From NCBI GenBank assembly GCA_002269645.1, contig NIVC01002364.1:62001-126000 (forward strand): DNA of 64,000 bases, read 5' to 3'. The position numbers and the translations under genes are program-made. The first letter of the stretch is position 1; each line of letters begins with the position of its first letter. Shown here piece after piece: positions 52,731-64,000 of the stretch. This DNA is from Macrostomum lignano (Eukaryota). Under the pieces are notes generated by a model. The model was not told the DNA's origin. It worked only from the letters and a program-made list of their open reading frames with translations, and did not search any database.

Positions 52731-53704
52731 GGCATGTGCGTATGACTGCGTACGTATCCGCGCGCTTGTGTCAACGGAATGCGCCAGGTTGCACATAGCT
52801 TCCTGCCTCTAACAGAAACCCGCCATGACCCTCTATAAGTGTAAAACCAAGTTTCATATGACCTCAGGACCCACAAGTTTCATAAAAATTGATGTATTAT
52901 CATATAATTGACTGATTCAAGCCTCAGAATCGATTACAGTCAATAGGGAAATCTGTTTCTACAGTTGCTACGGAGTGATTTTGAAGCACTATTATTATTG
53001 TAGGGCATTACGTATAGTAGCGCCTCACTTCCCCCATCTGGCGGCCACTATACAAAGACACCGGATCTTCAACTTCAAATAAAAGGCAGTCACGTCTGTT
53101 CCCCTAGCCCTGCCGACACTGCTTCAGCTGTGCCCCATTGTTCCCCAGCGTGGGCCGTGCAGACTGCCACAATGGGGCTAGCCAGAGCCGGTAGAGATGA
53201 ATTATTTAATAAAAAAACTTTGAACAATAAGTGCGCCGCTAATAATAATGCATGGGCATACTACACTACCTGTGCAAGTATTATACATACGAGCTGTATA
53301 GCCTTGGCAACTACTTGTAAGGCCCTGATATATAATAACTGATTGAGCAGCAAATTAAGTAAAATTGATTAGTCTACTTTTTCCCGATCCGTCTGGCTCT
53401 AGTTATATGGTGTCTCACAATGCACTTTCTTAAATCATATTTTAACTTTAGCACAGAATACCGGTATTGATTTTATAGCTCAAGTAAGGGTTTTTAAAGA
53501 TGACAATAAAAGTATGCACTTGAATAGAGAGAGGCTTCAGCTACAGACTGAGGATATGCCTGGTGAGCAGAGAACAATACAGATCGCTAGCGAGCATTGA
53601 CGTCAGCTATCTCACAATGGGAACGCCCACGCATCATTGCTACGTGCCCTCTCATTGCCTTCTCGCTACTTATGTTTTATACAGATGATGTGAAATCACT
53701 TTGT

Positions 53705-54143
53705 CTGCGACAGGCAGATACACAGGCAGACAGACAGACAGGCGGGCAGACAGACAGGCAGACAGGCAGACAGACAGACAGACAGACAGGCGGATAGACA
53801 GACACACACACAGACAGACAGACAGACAGACACAGACAGGCAGACACAGAGACACAGACAGACAGACAGACGGACAGACAGACACATAGACAGATAGATA
53901 CACAGACAGACACACACACACAGGCAGGCAGACAGACAGACAGACAGACAGTCAGACAGACAGACAGACACAGACAGGCAGACACAGAGACACAGACAGA
54001 CAGACAGACGGACAGACAGACACATAGACAGATAGACACACAGACAGACACACACACACAGGCAGGCAGACAGACAGACAGACAGACAGACAGACAGTCA
54101 GACAGACAGACACAGAGACACAGACAGATAGACAGACAGACAC

Positions 54144-54176
<33 letters not shown>

Positions 54177-54490
54177 TGGACAGACACAGGCAGACAAACA
54201 CATAAAAATAGACAGACTCAGACAGGCGGACAGACACAGACACATAGAGATACAGACAGACACAGACAGACAGAGATACAGACAGACACAGACAGACAGA
54301 TACAGACAGACGCAGACACACAGAGATACAGACAGACACAAACAGACAGACACAGACACACAGAGATACAGACAGACACAAACAGACAGAGATACAGACA
54401 GACACAGACAGACAGATACAGACAGACACACAGAGATACAGACAGACACAGACACAGACAGACACAGACACACAGAGATACAGACAGACA
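53705..54490. repeat. GACA/CA compound microsatellite
   Basis: Direct reading. Confidence 0.95.
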
Positions 54491-54889
54491 CTATAACATT
54501 CCTACAACTAAACCAGTAAACAGACGGCAGAACACAGGCTCTGCACACATGTACAGCCAGTTACAGGTAACGCACAATACAAAAATGGCATGAGCAGAGC
54601 TCACCCAATGCCCATCCCAGCAACCTGACAGACAGAGCAGACACCGGTCAGTCTTATCGCAAGCAGGCTTAGAATAAAAGCAGAGCCAAGCAAAGAGCGT
54701 TCATTTTTGTAATCACTGAGTAAGATATGAGGCAGAAAAGCAACGAAAAGCACAATGTCAAAAGAGCTATATCTACCTACGTACGTACCTCCTACCTACC
54801 TACCTACGTAGAGTTATAAAAGAAAGTTTTAAGCCGAAAGTTTTGCTAGGTTAATATCAGTCCCCAGGGCAAGCAATACAACAGCAACA

Positions 54890-55273
54890 ATGAGCGTCTC
54901 ATTCAGCGGATTGAAAGACTCTCAGCAGCAACTGAAGGACAGCACTGACAGACAGCTGCAGATGTACCTGGACTACAGACGCAGCAGGGAGCAGGTGTCC
55001 AGAACTCTGCGTCACACATCAGCCGGTGTGGTCCTATTCTGGACTCTGATCACTTTCCCAACATTCTTGGACGTCTGCTCGAGCGCCCGCGGTGCCAGCT
55101 GTTTCGACTGGTACCCGGTCGTGGTGGCGACTGGCTTCTGCCTGACCGCGCCGCCGATCCTGCTGCTCATGTTCCAGCTGGACAAGCGGCTGCGGGCCAG
55201 CTGGGCGCTACTGCGCTTCTCCTGGAGGAACGGAGCGCCCAGGGATCCCAGGAAGCGCTGGTCGCAGGACTGA
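54890..55273 (+). CDS. Membrane protein ORF with 2 hydrophobic helices; possibly last exon (TM6-TM7-helix 8) of a divergent 7TM receptor
   Basis: GC-rich 127-aa ORF; helices VVLFWTLITFPTFL and PVVVATGFCLTAPPILLLMF separated by a CxxxxxxxC loop, then basic DKRLR; frame open upstream to acceptor-like atatcag| at 54860. Confidence 0.55.
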   Translation: MSVSFSGLKDSQQQLKDSTDRQLQMYLDYRRSREQVSRTLRHTSAGVVLFWTLITFPTFLDVCSSARGASCFDWYPVVVATGFCLTAPPILLLMFQLDKRLRASWALLRFSWRNGAPRDPRKRWSQD

Positions 55274-55371
55274 TGAGTTCTCTTAGTTCTAACAGGGTTT
55301 ATCTAAAGCCAAATGCTAGCATTTATTTCACTTTTTCATTGCTGCCGACCTTCCTTGTTTGGCTCCGATTC

Positions 55372-55995
55372 CCTTTTGGCGCCAGTTCTCTATGGCGCCA
55401 GTTCTCTATGGCGCCAGTTCCCTATGGCGCCAGTTCTCTATGGCGCCAGTCCCCTTTTGGTGCCAGTTCTCTATGGCGCCAATTCCCTTTTGGCGCCAGT
55501 TCCCTTTTGGCGCCAGATCTTTTTTGCGCCAAATCCCTTTGGCACGTCCTTTGGCGCCAGTTTCCTATGGCGCCAGTTCCATTGATGCTATAGTTGCCTT
55601 TAGCGCCAGTTCCCTTTTTGGCACCAGTTCCCTTTGGCACCAGTTCTCTTTGGCACCAGTTTCCTATGGCGCCAGTTCCATTGATGCTATAGTTGCCTTT
55701 AGCGCCAGTTCCCTTTTTGGCACCAGTTCCCTTTGGCACCAGTTCTCTTTGGCACCAGTTTCCTATGGCGCCAGTTCCATTGATGCTATAGTTGCCTTTA
55801 GCGCCAGTTCCCTTTTTGGCACCAGTTCCCTTTGGCACCAGTTCTCTTTGGCACCAGTTTCCTATGGCGCCAGTTCCATTGATGCTATAGTTGCCTTTAG
55901 CGCCAGTTCCCTTTTTGGCACCAGTTCCCTTTGGCACCAGTTCCCTTTGGCACCAGTTCCCTTTGGCACCAGTTCCCTTTCGACACCAGTTCCCT
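55372..55995. repeat. 16-17-bp repeat with 99-bp higher-order unit
   Basis: ggcgccagttcc subunits; attgatgctatag marker at 55581, 55680, 55779, 55878. Confidence 0.93.
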
Positions 55996-56569
55996 GAAGC
56001 CATTTCTCTTTCAGCGCAGGTACTTAGCTTGTAAAAAATGACTAAATTATATTCAAAAAGTACAAATGCACAAATTAGTGTACAATAAAAGTCTAAGCTC
56101 TTTAACTCTTTTAACCTGAACAGATTTAAAAGTAAGTTATCAAAATTCCAATAATGCTAGCATAATTTTCCTACGAATTAATTACTGCGATGCAATACTG
56201 TCATAATGTCATTTTTACTAAATTGAATAAATATATTGAAGAGAAGACAGTTTTCTGTTTAATTCCTAGGAGCGCAAAAGACAGCATAATCATCGCGCAA
56301 ATTTGTTTCGGCCATTTCATAAGAAATTATAATTATCAATTAAATATGACTTTAACAGCAATGAAATCATGCAATATAATATAATATACTTGGAGATGAC
56401 AAAATGCTATAAAAATTAATTTTTCTATCATTAAAAATAGCCCACTCTTGTACTTAATTTGCCGAATTTGGACTGCACTTTTGTTACAATTACAGCATTT
56501 GATGAAGTAGTCTTTGTACTGATCCATTGCAGGGCATGCACGTTTAAGATATAATCTTCTAACTGCACT

Positions 56570-58955
56570 AATCATAGTCTCAGTGATTTATAACCTAGTC
56601 TTTGTTCTAACAGCACTAATCATATAGTCTCGGTGATCTATAACCTACAGTCTTTGTTCTAACTGCACTAATCATATAGTCTCGGTGATCTATAACCTAC
56701 AGTCTTTGTTCTAACTGCACTAATCATATAGTCTCGGTGATCTATAACCTAGTCTTTGTTCTAACAGCACTAATCATATAGTCTCGGTGATCTATAACCT
56801 ACAGTCTTTGTTCTAACTGCACTAATCATATAGTCTCGGTGATCTATAACCTACAGTCTTTGTTCTAACTGCACTAATCATATAGTGTCAGTGATCTACA
56901 ACCTACAGTCTTTGTTCTAATTGCACTAATCATATAGTGTCAGTGATCTACAACCTACAGTCTTTGTTCTAATTGCACTAATCATATAGTGTCAGTGATC
57001 TACAACCTACAGTCTTTGTTCTAATTGCACTAATCATATAGTCTCAGTGATCTACAACCTACAGTCTTTGTTCTAACAGCACTAATCATATAGTCTCGGT
57101 GATCTATAACCTAGTCTTTGTTCTAACAGCACTAATCATATAGTCTCGGTGATCTATAACCTACAGTCTTTGCTCTAACAGCACTAATCATATAGTCTCG
57201 GTGATCTATAACCTACAGTCTTTGTTCTAACTGCACTAATCATTTAGTCTCGGTGATCTATAACCTACAGTCTTTGTTCTAACTGCACTAATCATATAGT
57301 CTCGGTGATCTATAACCTAGTCTTTGTTCTAACAGCACTAATCATATAGTCTCGGTGATCTATAACCTACAGTCTTTGTTCTAACTGCACTAATCATATA
57401 GTCTCGGTGATCTATAACCTACAGTCTTTGTTCTAACTGCACTAATCATATAGTGTCAGTGATCTACAACCTACAGTCTTTGTTCTAATTGCACTAATCA
57501 TATAGTGTCAGTGATCTACAACCTACAGTCTTTGTTCTAATTGCACTAATCATATAGTCTCAGTGATCTACAACCTACAGTCTTTGTTCTAATTGCACTA
57601 ATCATATAGTCTCAGTGATCTACAACCTACAGTCTTTGTTCTAATTGCACTAATCATATAGTCTCAGTGATCTACAACCTACAGTCTTTGTTCTAATTGC
57701 ACTAATCATATAGTCTCAGTGATCTACAACCTACAGTCTTTGTTCTAATTGCACTAATCATATAGTCTCAGTGATCTACAACCTACAGTCTTTGTTCTAA
57801 TTGCACTAATCATATAGTCTCAGTGATCTACAACCTACAGTCTTTGTTCTAATTGCACTAATCATATAGTCTCAGTGATCTACAACCTACAGTCTTTGTT
57901 CTAATTGCACTAATCATATAGTCTCGGTGATCTACAACCTACAGTCTTTGTTCTAATTGCACTAATCATATAGTCTCGGTGATCTACAACCTACAGTCTT
58001 TGTTCTAACAGCACTAATCATATAGTCTCAGTGATCAATAACCTACAGTCTTTGTTCTAACTGCACTAATCATATAGTCTCAGTGATCTATAACCTACAG
58101 TCTTTGTTCTAACTGCAGTAATCATATAGTCTCAGTGATCTATAACCTAGTCTTTGTTCCAACTGCACTAATCATATAGTCTCAGTGATCTATAACCTAG
58201 TCTTTGTTCCAACTGCACTAATCATATAGTCTCAGTGATCAATAACCTACAGTCTTTGTTCTAACTGCAGTAATCATATAGTCTCAGTGATCTATAACCT
58301 ACAGTCTTTGTTCTAACAGCACTAATCATATAGTCTCAGTGATCTATAACCTACAGTCTTTGTTCCAACTGCACTAATCATATAGTCTCAGTGATCTATA
58401 ACCTACAGTCTTTGTTCCAACTGCACTAATCATATAGTCTCAGTCATCTATAACCTACAGTCTTTGTTCTAACTGCACTAATCATATAGTCTCGGTGATC
58501 TATAACCTACAGTCTGTTCTAACAGCACTAATCATATAGTCTCAGTGATCTATAACCTGCAGTCTTTGTTCTAACTGCAGTAATCATATAGTCTCAGTGA
58601 TCTATAACCTAGTCTTTGTTCCAACTGCACTAATCATATAGTCTCAGTGATCAATAACCTACAGTCTTTGTTCTAACTGCACTAATCATATAGTCTCAGT
58701 GATCTATAACCTAGTCTTTGTTCCAACTGCACTAATCATATAGTCTCAGTGATCAATAACCTACAGTCTTTGTTCTAACTGCAGTAATCATATAGTCTCA
58801 GTGATCTATAACCTACAGTCTTTGTTCTAACTGCAGTAATCATATAGTCTCAGTGATCTATAACCTACAGTCTTTGTTCTAACTGCAGTAATCATATAGT
58901 CTCAGTGATCTATAACCTACAGTCTTTGTTCTAACTGCAGTAATCATATAGTCTT
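56570..58955. repeat. 52-bp (50-bp variant) minisatellite, about 45 copies
   Basis: ctaactgcactaatcatatagtctcggtgatctataacctacagtctttgtt. Confidence 0.97.
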
Positions 58956-59009
58956 AGTGAATAATCAGTGATAATCTTACAAATCTACCTTTAAAACCCA
59001 AATATGCTG

Positions 59010-59020
59010 TTTATTTTATT
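59010..59020 (-). promoter_or_regulatory. Polyadenylation signals of MRPL32
   Basis: Two overlapping AATAAA on the minus strand about 60 nt after the stop codon. Confidence 0.5.
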
Positions 59021-59078
59021 TTACAACCAGTATAACAAAGCAGATATGAATGCAACAGAACGCATATAAAATTGGTCT

Positions 59079-59558
59079 TTAGTTTTTGCTTCCAGAAACG
59101 GTGTCAGCGCTAGAATGCGGTGCTGCCGTTCCATCAGACTCGCAACCGACACTGCCGTTCTGTTGATCAGTGCCATCCCGGATTCGCTCATAACAGAGCG
59201 GGCACAGCACGCCACGCTCGTGCCTGTTGCCGCAGCTGGGACAGGACACCACCCTAGCAGTAGCCATCATCGGCACAACAATGTTAGCAAACCGCGTGAT
59301 TCGCCTGGTAGCTCGAGTTTCGATTGTTCGCCGTCGTTTCGGCACAGCCAGACGAATTTGCTCGTCTTTGAGATTAATAACTGGCAGCGGATGCTGGGCA
59401 CAGGGAGAGTCCGTTACAGCAGCCAGGGCTGGACTAAACGATGGCGGAAAGAATCTGATTGACAGCTGGTTTATTAAACTAGTCAGTGCACATCTGGCGC
59501 GAGCTAATCCTGATAGGGACATTGCTGGGGCATGCAAGTTTATGCCATTAGGTGACAT
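59079..59558 (-). CDS. MRPL32: Mitochondrial ribosomal protein bL32m, intronless
   Basis: LAVPKRRRTIETRATRR followed by CPSCG-x7-LCPLCYE zinc motif; N-terminal Arg/Leu/Ser presequence-like segment; start could be the second Met (MSLSGLAR). Confidence 0.88.
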   Translation of the reverse strand: MSPNGINLHAPAMSLSGLARARCALTSLINQLSIRFFPPSFSPALAAVTDSPCAQHPLPVINLKDEQIRLAVPKRRRTIETRATRRITRFANIVVPMMATARVVSCPSCGNRHERGVLCPLCYERIRDGTDQQNGSVGCESDGTAAPHSSADTVSGSKN

Positions 59559-59611
59559 TGTTTAGTAATTTATAGATTTTATAAACTTTCATCGTATAGT
59601 TAGACTGACTT

Positions 59612-61300
59612 AAATAATTATCCTCTGATTAATAATTATCCTCTGATTAATAATTATCCTCAGATTAATAATTATCCTTAGATTAATAATTATCCTCAGA
59701 TTAATAATTATCCTCAGATTAATAATTATCCTCAGATTAACAATTATCCCTAGATTAATAATTATCCTCAGATTAATCATTATCCTCAGATTAATAATTA
59801 TCCCCAGATTAATAATTATCCTCAGATTAATAATTATCCACAGATTAACAATTATCCCTAGATTAATAATTATCCTCAGATTAATAATTATCCTTAGATT
59901 AATAATTATCCTCAGATTAATAATTATCCTCAGATTAATAATTATCCTCAGATTAATAATTATCTTCAGATTAATAATTATCCTCAGATTAATAATTATC
60001 CTCAGATTAATAACTATCCTCAGATTAATAACTATCCTCAGATTAATAATTATCCTCAGATTAATAAATATTCTCAGATTAATAATTATCCTCAGATTAA
60101 TAACTATCCTCAGATCAATAACTATCCTCAGATTAATAATTATCCTCAGATTAATAACTATCCTCAGATTAATAATTATCCTCAGATTAATAATTATCCC
60201 CAGATTAATAATTATCCCCAGATTAATAATTATCCTCAGATTAATAACTATCCTCAGATTAATAACTATCCTCAGATTAATAACTATCCTCAGATTAATA
60301 ATTATCCCCAGATTAATAATTATCCCCAGATTAATAATTATCCTCAGATTAATAATTATCCCCAGATTAATAATTATCCACAGATTAACAATTATCCCTA
60401 GATTAATAATTATCCTCAGATTAATAATTATCCTCAGATTATTAATTATCCTCAGATTAACAATTATCCTTAGATTAATAATTATCCTCAGATTAATAAT
60501 TATCCTCAGATTAATAATTATCTTCAGATTAATAATTATCCTCAGATTAATAATTATCCTCAGATTAATAACTATCCTCAGATTAATAACTATCCTCAGA
60601 TTAATAACTATCCTCAGATTAATAAATATTCTCAGATTAATAATTATCCTCAGATTAATAACTATCCTCAGATCAATAACTATCCTCAGATTAATAATTA
60701 TCCTCAGATTAATAATTATCCTCAGATTAATAACTATCCTCAGATTAATAATTATCCTCAGATTAATAATTATCCCCAGATTAATAATTATCCCCAGATT
60801 AATAATTATCCTCAGATTAATAACTATCCTCAGATTAATAACTATCCTCAGATTAATAACTATCCTCAGATTAATAATTATCCCCAGATTAATAATTATC
60901 CCCAGATTAATAATTATCCTCAGATTAATAATTATCCTCAGATTATTAATTATCCCCAGATTAATAATTATCCTCAGAGTAATAATTATCCTCAGAGTAA
61001 TAATTATCCTCAGAGTAATAATTATCCTCAGATTAATAATTATCCTCAGAGTAATAATTATCCTTAGATTAATAATTATCCTTAGAGTAATAATTATCCT
61101 CAGATTAATAATTATCCTCAGATTAATAACTATCCTCAGATTAATAATTATCCTCAGATTAATAATTATCCCCAGATTAATAGTTATCCTCAGATTAATA
61201 ATTATCCTCAGATTAATAATTATCCCCAGATTAATACTCATCCTTAGATTAATAATTATCCTCAGATTAATAATTATCCTCAGATTAATAACTATTCTCC
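59612..61300. repeat. 18-bp AT-rich satellite
   Basis: gattaataattatcctca, roughly 90 copies; source of the spurious 606-aa ORF. Confidence 0.97.
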
Positions 61301-61741
61301 GATTAATCCTCGTTTCTAAAAAAACTATTTCGGAGAGAAAAGGACAAACTATTTTTTTAACATTAGCATTAATAAATAACAGCTGCAAGCAAGTGTATTT
61401 ATTAAGGCATACGAAATTACAGAAGTACATTTACAATGAAAAAATTTACACACATACTTAGGATAAAAATGTAACGAAGACACATAGTTATATTAACACC
61501 CAGAGAGTAACATTATAACCATATCTGGATTGGTAACGAGCAGAGCCAGTAAATAAAAAAGCAATGAAGCTTGGATTGTTGTCATTTTATTGGAATGTAA
61601 CAGCGAAATACGCTAAATCAGTTGATATGTAATAAATTTTATGGATAAGTCCGTGTGGAATGAACTCCATGGGAATGTTGTTATACACAGCTAATACCAA
61701 AGTTCCATATTTTAATAAATGTAAACACCGCATCAAATGAT

Positions 61742-62190
61742 ACTGGCCCAGCAACCGTCGATCCGGGAGGCTGGCCCAGCAACTGAGGATCTGGGAGGCT
61801 GGCCCAGCAACTGAGGATCTGGGAGGCTGGCCCAGCAACTGAGGATCTGGGAGGCTGGCCCAGCAACTGAGGATATGGGAGGCTGGCCCAGTAACTGAGG
61901 ATATGGGAGGCTGGCCCAGCAACTGAGGATCTGGGAGGCTGGCCCAGCAACTGACACTCTGGGAGGCTGGCTCAGCAACTGAGGATCTGGGAGGCTGGCC
62001 CAGCAACTGACACTCTGGGAGGCTGGCTCAGCAACTGAGGATCTGGGAGGCTGGCCCAGCAACTGACACTCTGGGAGGCTGGCTCAGCAACTGAGGATCT
62101 GGGAGGCTGGCCCAGTAACTGAGGATATGGGAGGCTGGCCCAGCAACTGAGGATATGGGAGGCTGGCCCAGCAACTGAGGATCTGAGAGG
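61742..62190. repeat. 28-bp minisatellite
   Basis: ggcccagcaactgaggatctgggaggct. Confidence 0.95.
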
Positions 62191-62716
62191 GCGGCAGTGG
62201 CACAGCAACAGAAGAAAGTACAACACACTGCAAGTAAAAAAATACGATGACATAACCGACATGAACCGCAAGAACTCCACGTGCGAAACAATGCTACATA
62301 ACCATTTTTGTGGAATGTATTAAAAACTGAAAACTAGGAAAGCATAAAAGCTACTGTTTGAAACGTGCTTAAACTATTTTAGCATTTTTAAGAAAAAAAT
62401 AGTGAAAATGTTAATAATTAAAACAATTATTTACAATAAAGCAATTTAATGAAAGCCAATTTTAATAAAATTAAAGAGAAAAAAATTCATGCCTACATTT
62501 TAACTTGATACATCTATGCATATAATAGCTATAGCAGAAAAAATACGACTGTATTTAATTAAAAGAACAGATTTTGTTTTTTAAATAAAGTTGAAATTTA
62601 AATTGCCACAAAATCGTATTATTTTACCAGTTTTGATAAATATCCATAGCAAAATCGATTAGCACTACTGTTGCAGTTGGTTTGAAGTAGTGTAATAAAG
62701 ACATCAAATGATTAAA

Positions 62717-63511
62717 TTAGATTTGACTTTCATTTTTTGCAGAAATAAAGTCTTGCCTAAAAGCGTCCGAGAAAGCGTCCTCGGGCGGCACGTACGTGTC
62801 CGGATCGTAGCGCTGTGTCCGAACTAGCAAGACGATAATGCCAACAAGCGCTATCAGGCAGATAAACAATACAATACCGAGCACATAAGTTGCTATCTGA
62901 GCTTCGTACAATGGATAAGGAAACTCAGTGGGCACAGGTTCGATTGGTTCAGCCACGAGTCCGTATCTCTGGCGCCAGAATGCCATCTGGTTCGGCCGGT
63001 AGGCTCTCCGATTCGATGCATTGATAAACAGGTGAGCATAGCTCTGCTCATGGAGAGTATAGGGCAGCCAGGAGAAGTTTCTATTCTCATACGGTGTTGG
63101 ATTCTCGTAGCGCATAAAATTAACCCACATCTGCATAACAAATTCGCTCATATTATAATCCAGGATTCGATCCCAGGGGAACAGTGTGGGCGGCGGTTGA
63201 GGCGTTAGCAATTCTCGCCACCAGCTCGTGTTCATGAACGGCAAACCGAACAGGAACTGACTGGTGGTGCCCTGATAAATGCCCAACGCCTTTGGCGTGC
63301 TGTCGTTCAAGCCGCGATAGGCAAATTCGTAAGCGTACGTGATTGGCTGCCGCTGCGAGTGCATCTTGATAGCGTAGTCCAGACCGGACCTCACGCCCCA
63401 GTCCGAGATTAGGGCTATGAACTGTTCCCGCCTGGCTGTCATGTTGTCCGGCTGGCTCCACCAGTTGTAGCGGAAGAACACCTCTTCGTATGTGTCATTC
63501 ATGTGGCGCAC
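62717..63511 (-). CDS. Terminal exon of type-B carboxylesterase/cholinesterase-fold, neuroligin-like single-pass membrane protein
   Basis: Acceptor ctgcag| at 63512; ISDWG, TYAYEF, FLFGLPF, MQMWVNFMRYENPTP, WLPY, MAFW motifs of the COesterase C-terminal half; TM YVLGIVLFICLIALVGIIVLLV; ends ESQI*. Confidence 0.87.
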   Translation of the reverse strand: MRHMNDTYEEVFFRYNWWSQPDNMTARREQFIALISDWGVRSGLDYAIKMHSQRQPITYAYEFAYRGLNDSTPKALGIYQGTTSQFLFGLPFMNTSWWRELLTPQPPPTLFPWDRILDYNMSEFVMQMWVNFMRYENPTPYENRNFSWLPYTLHEQSYAHLFINASNRRAYRPNQMAFWRQRYGLVAEPIEPVPTEFPYPLYEAQIATYVLGIVLFICLIALVGIIVLLVRTQRYDPDTYVPPEDAFSDAFRQDFISAKNESQI

Positions 63512-63579
63512 CTGCAGCGAGGGGATTTTGCGCCAATCATGAAAGGGATTATGTAAACACTAGGGGATTTTTGCAGACA

Positions 63580-64000
63580 TTAGACGGGGGAGAGAAGACA
63601 GGAGTGAAGAGAGGAGGCAGAAGAGATGGAGAGAGGGGAGACAGGAGAGAGAAAGAGGGAGACACAAGACAAGAGAGGGGAGAGATGAGACAGGAGAGGG
63701 GGAGAGATGAGACAGGAGAGACGGGGAGAGAGGAGACAGGAGAGGGAGAGAGGAGACAGGAGTGAGAGGGAGAGGAGACAGGAGAGACGGGGAGAGAGGA
63801 GACAGGAGAGGGAGAGAGGAGACAGGAGTGAGAGGGAGAGGAGACAGGAGAGACGGGGAGAGAGGAGACAGGAGAGGGAGAGAGGAGACAGGAGAGGGGT
63901 GATAGGAGACAGGAGAGGGGGAGAGAGGAGACAGGAGATTGGAAGAGAAGAGACAGGAGAGAGAGAGAGAGGGAGAGAGGAGACAGGAGAGAGAGAGAGA
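63580..64000. repeat. GA-rich repeat in intron of the cholinesterase-like gene
   Basis: ggagagaggagacagg variants. Confidence 0.9.

Noticed and set aside
56336-56575. Cys-containing 79-aa ORF
   Set aside because: Begins inside the 52-bp array, AT-rich, no family recognised and no splice partners found.
50085-58955. CRISPR-like appearance of the 46/37-bp and 52-bp arrays
   Set aside because: No unique spacers (inter-repeat parts are themselves repeated), no cas genes, and the context is eukaryotic.
59610-61430. 606-aa IIINLR-repeat ORF
   Set aside because: Product of an 18-bp satellite lacking stops in one frame; no unique coding context.

Overview
Eukaryotic (invertebrate animal) genomic DNA, about half tandem repeat by my tally. 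The GT-AG introns and the satellite load resemble the flatworm Macrostomum lignano, but that assignment is inference. By hand I reconstructed a minus-strand, divergent inositol 1,4,5-trisphosphate receptor (ITPR) gene: 37 phase-compatible exons from ATG 39659 down to 344, about 2,190 aa, with the channel domain lying off the left edge. Upstream on the same strand are a 6-exon, 431-aa orphan secreted/surface glycoprotein (48590-42830), an intronless MRPL32 (59558-59079) and the last exon of a non-catalytic cholinesterase/neuroligin-like membrane protein (63511-62717). A 2-TM, GPCR-tail-like ORF lies on the plus strand (54890-55273), and a 100-aa ORF is nested in an ITPR intron. Mobile and RNA relics are a hAT MITE with TSD, a Tc1/mariner relic and a tRNA-Glu-derived element. 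The most unusual signal is the intron architecture. Almost every long intron is a short core inflated by its own private minisatellite. Several units carry AG|GT splice junctions on the transcribed strand, and two arrays appear to be amplified from exon or splice-site sequence, as expected for intron gain by tandem duplication.
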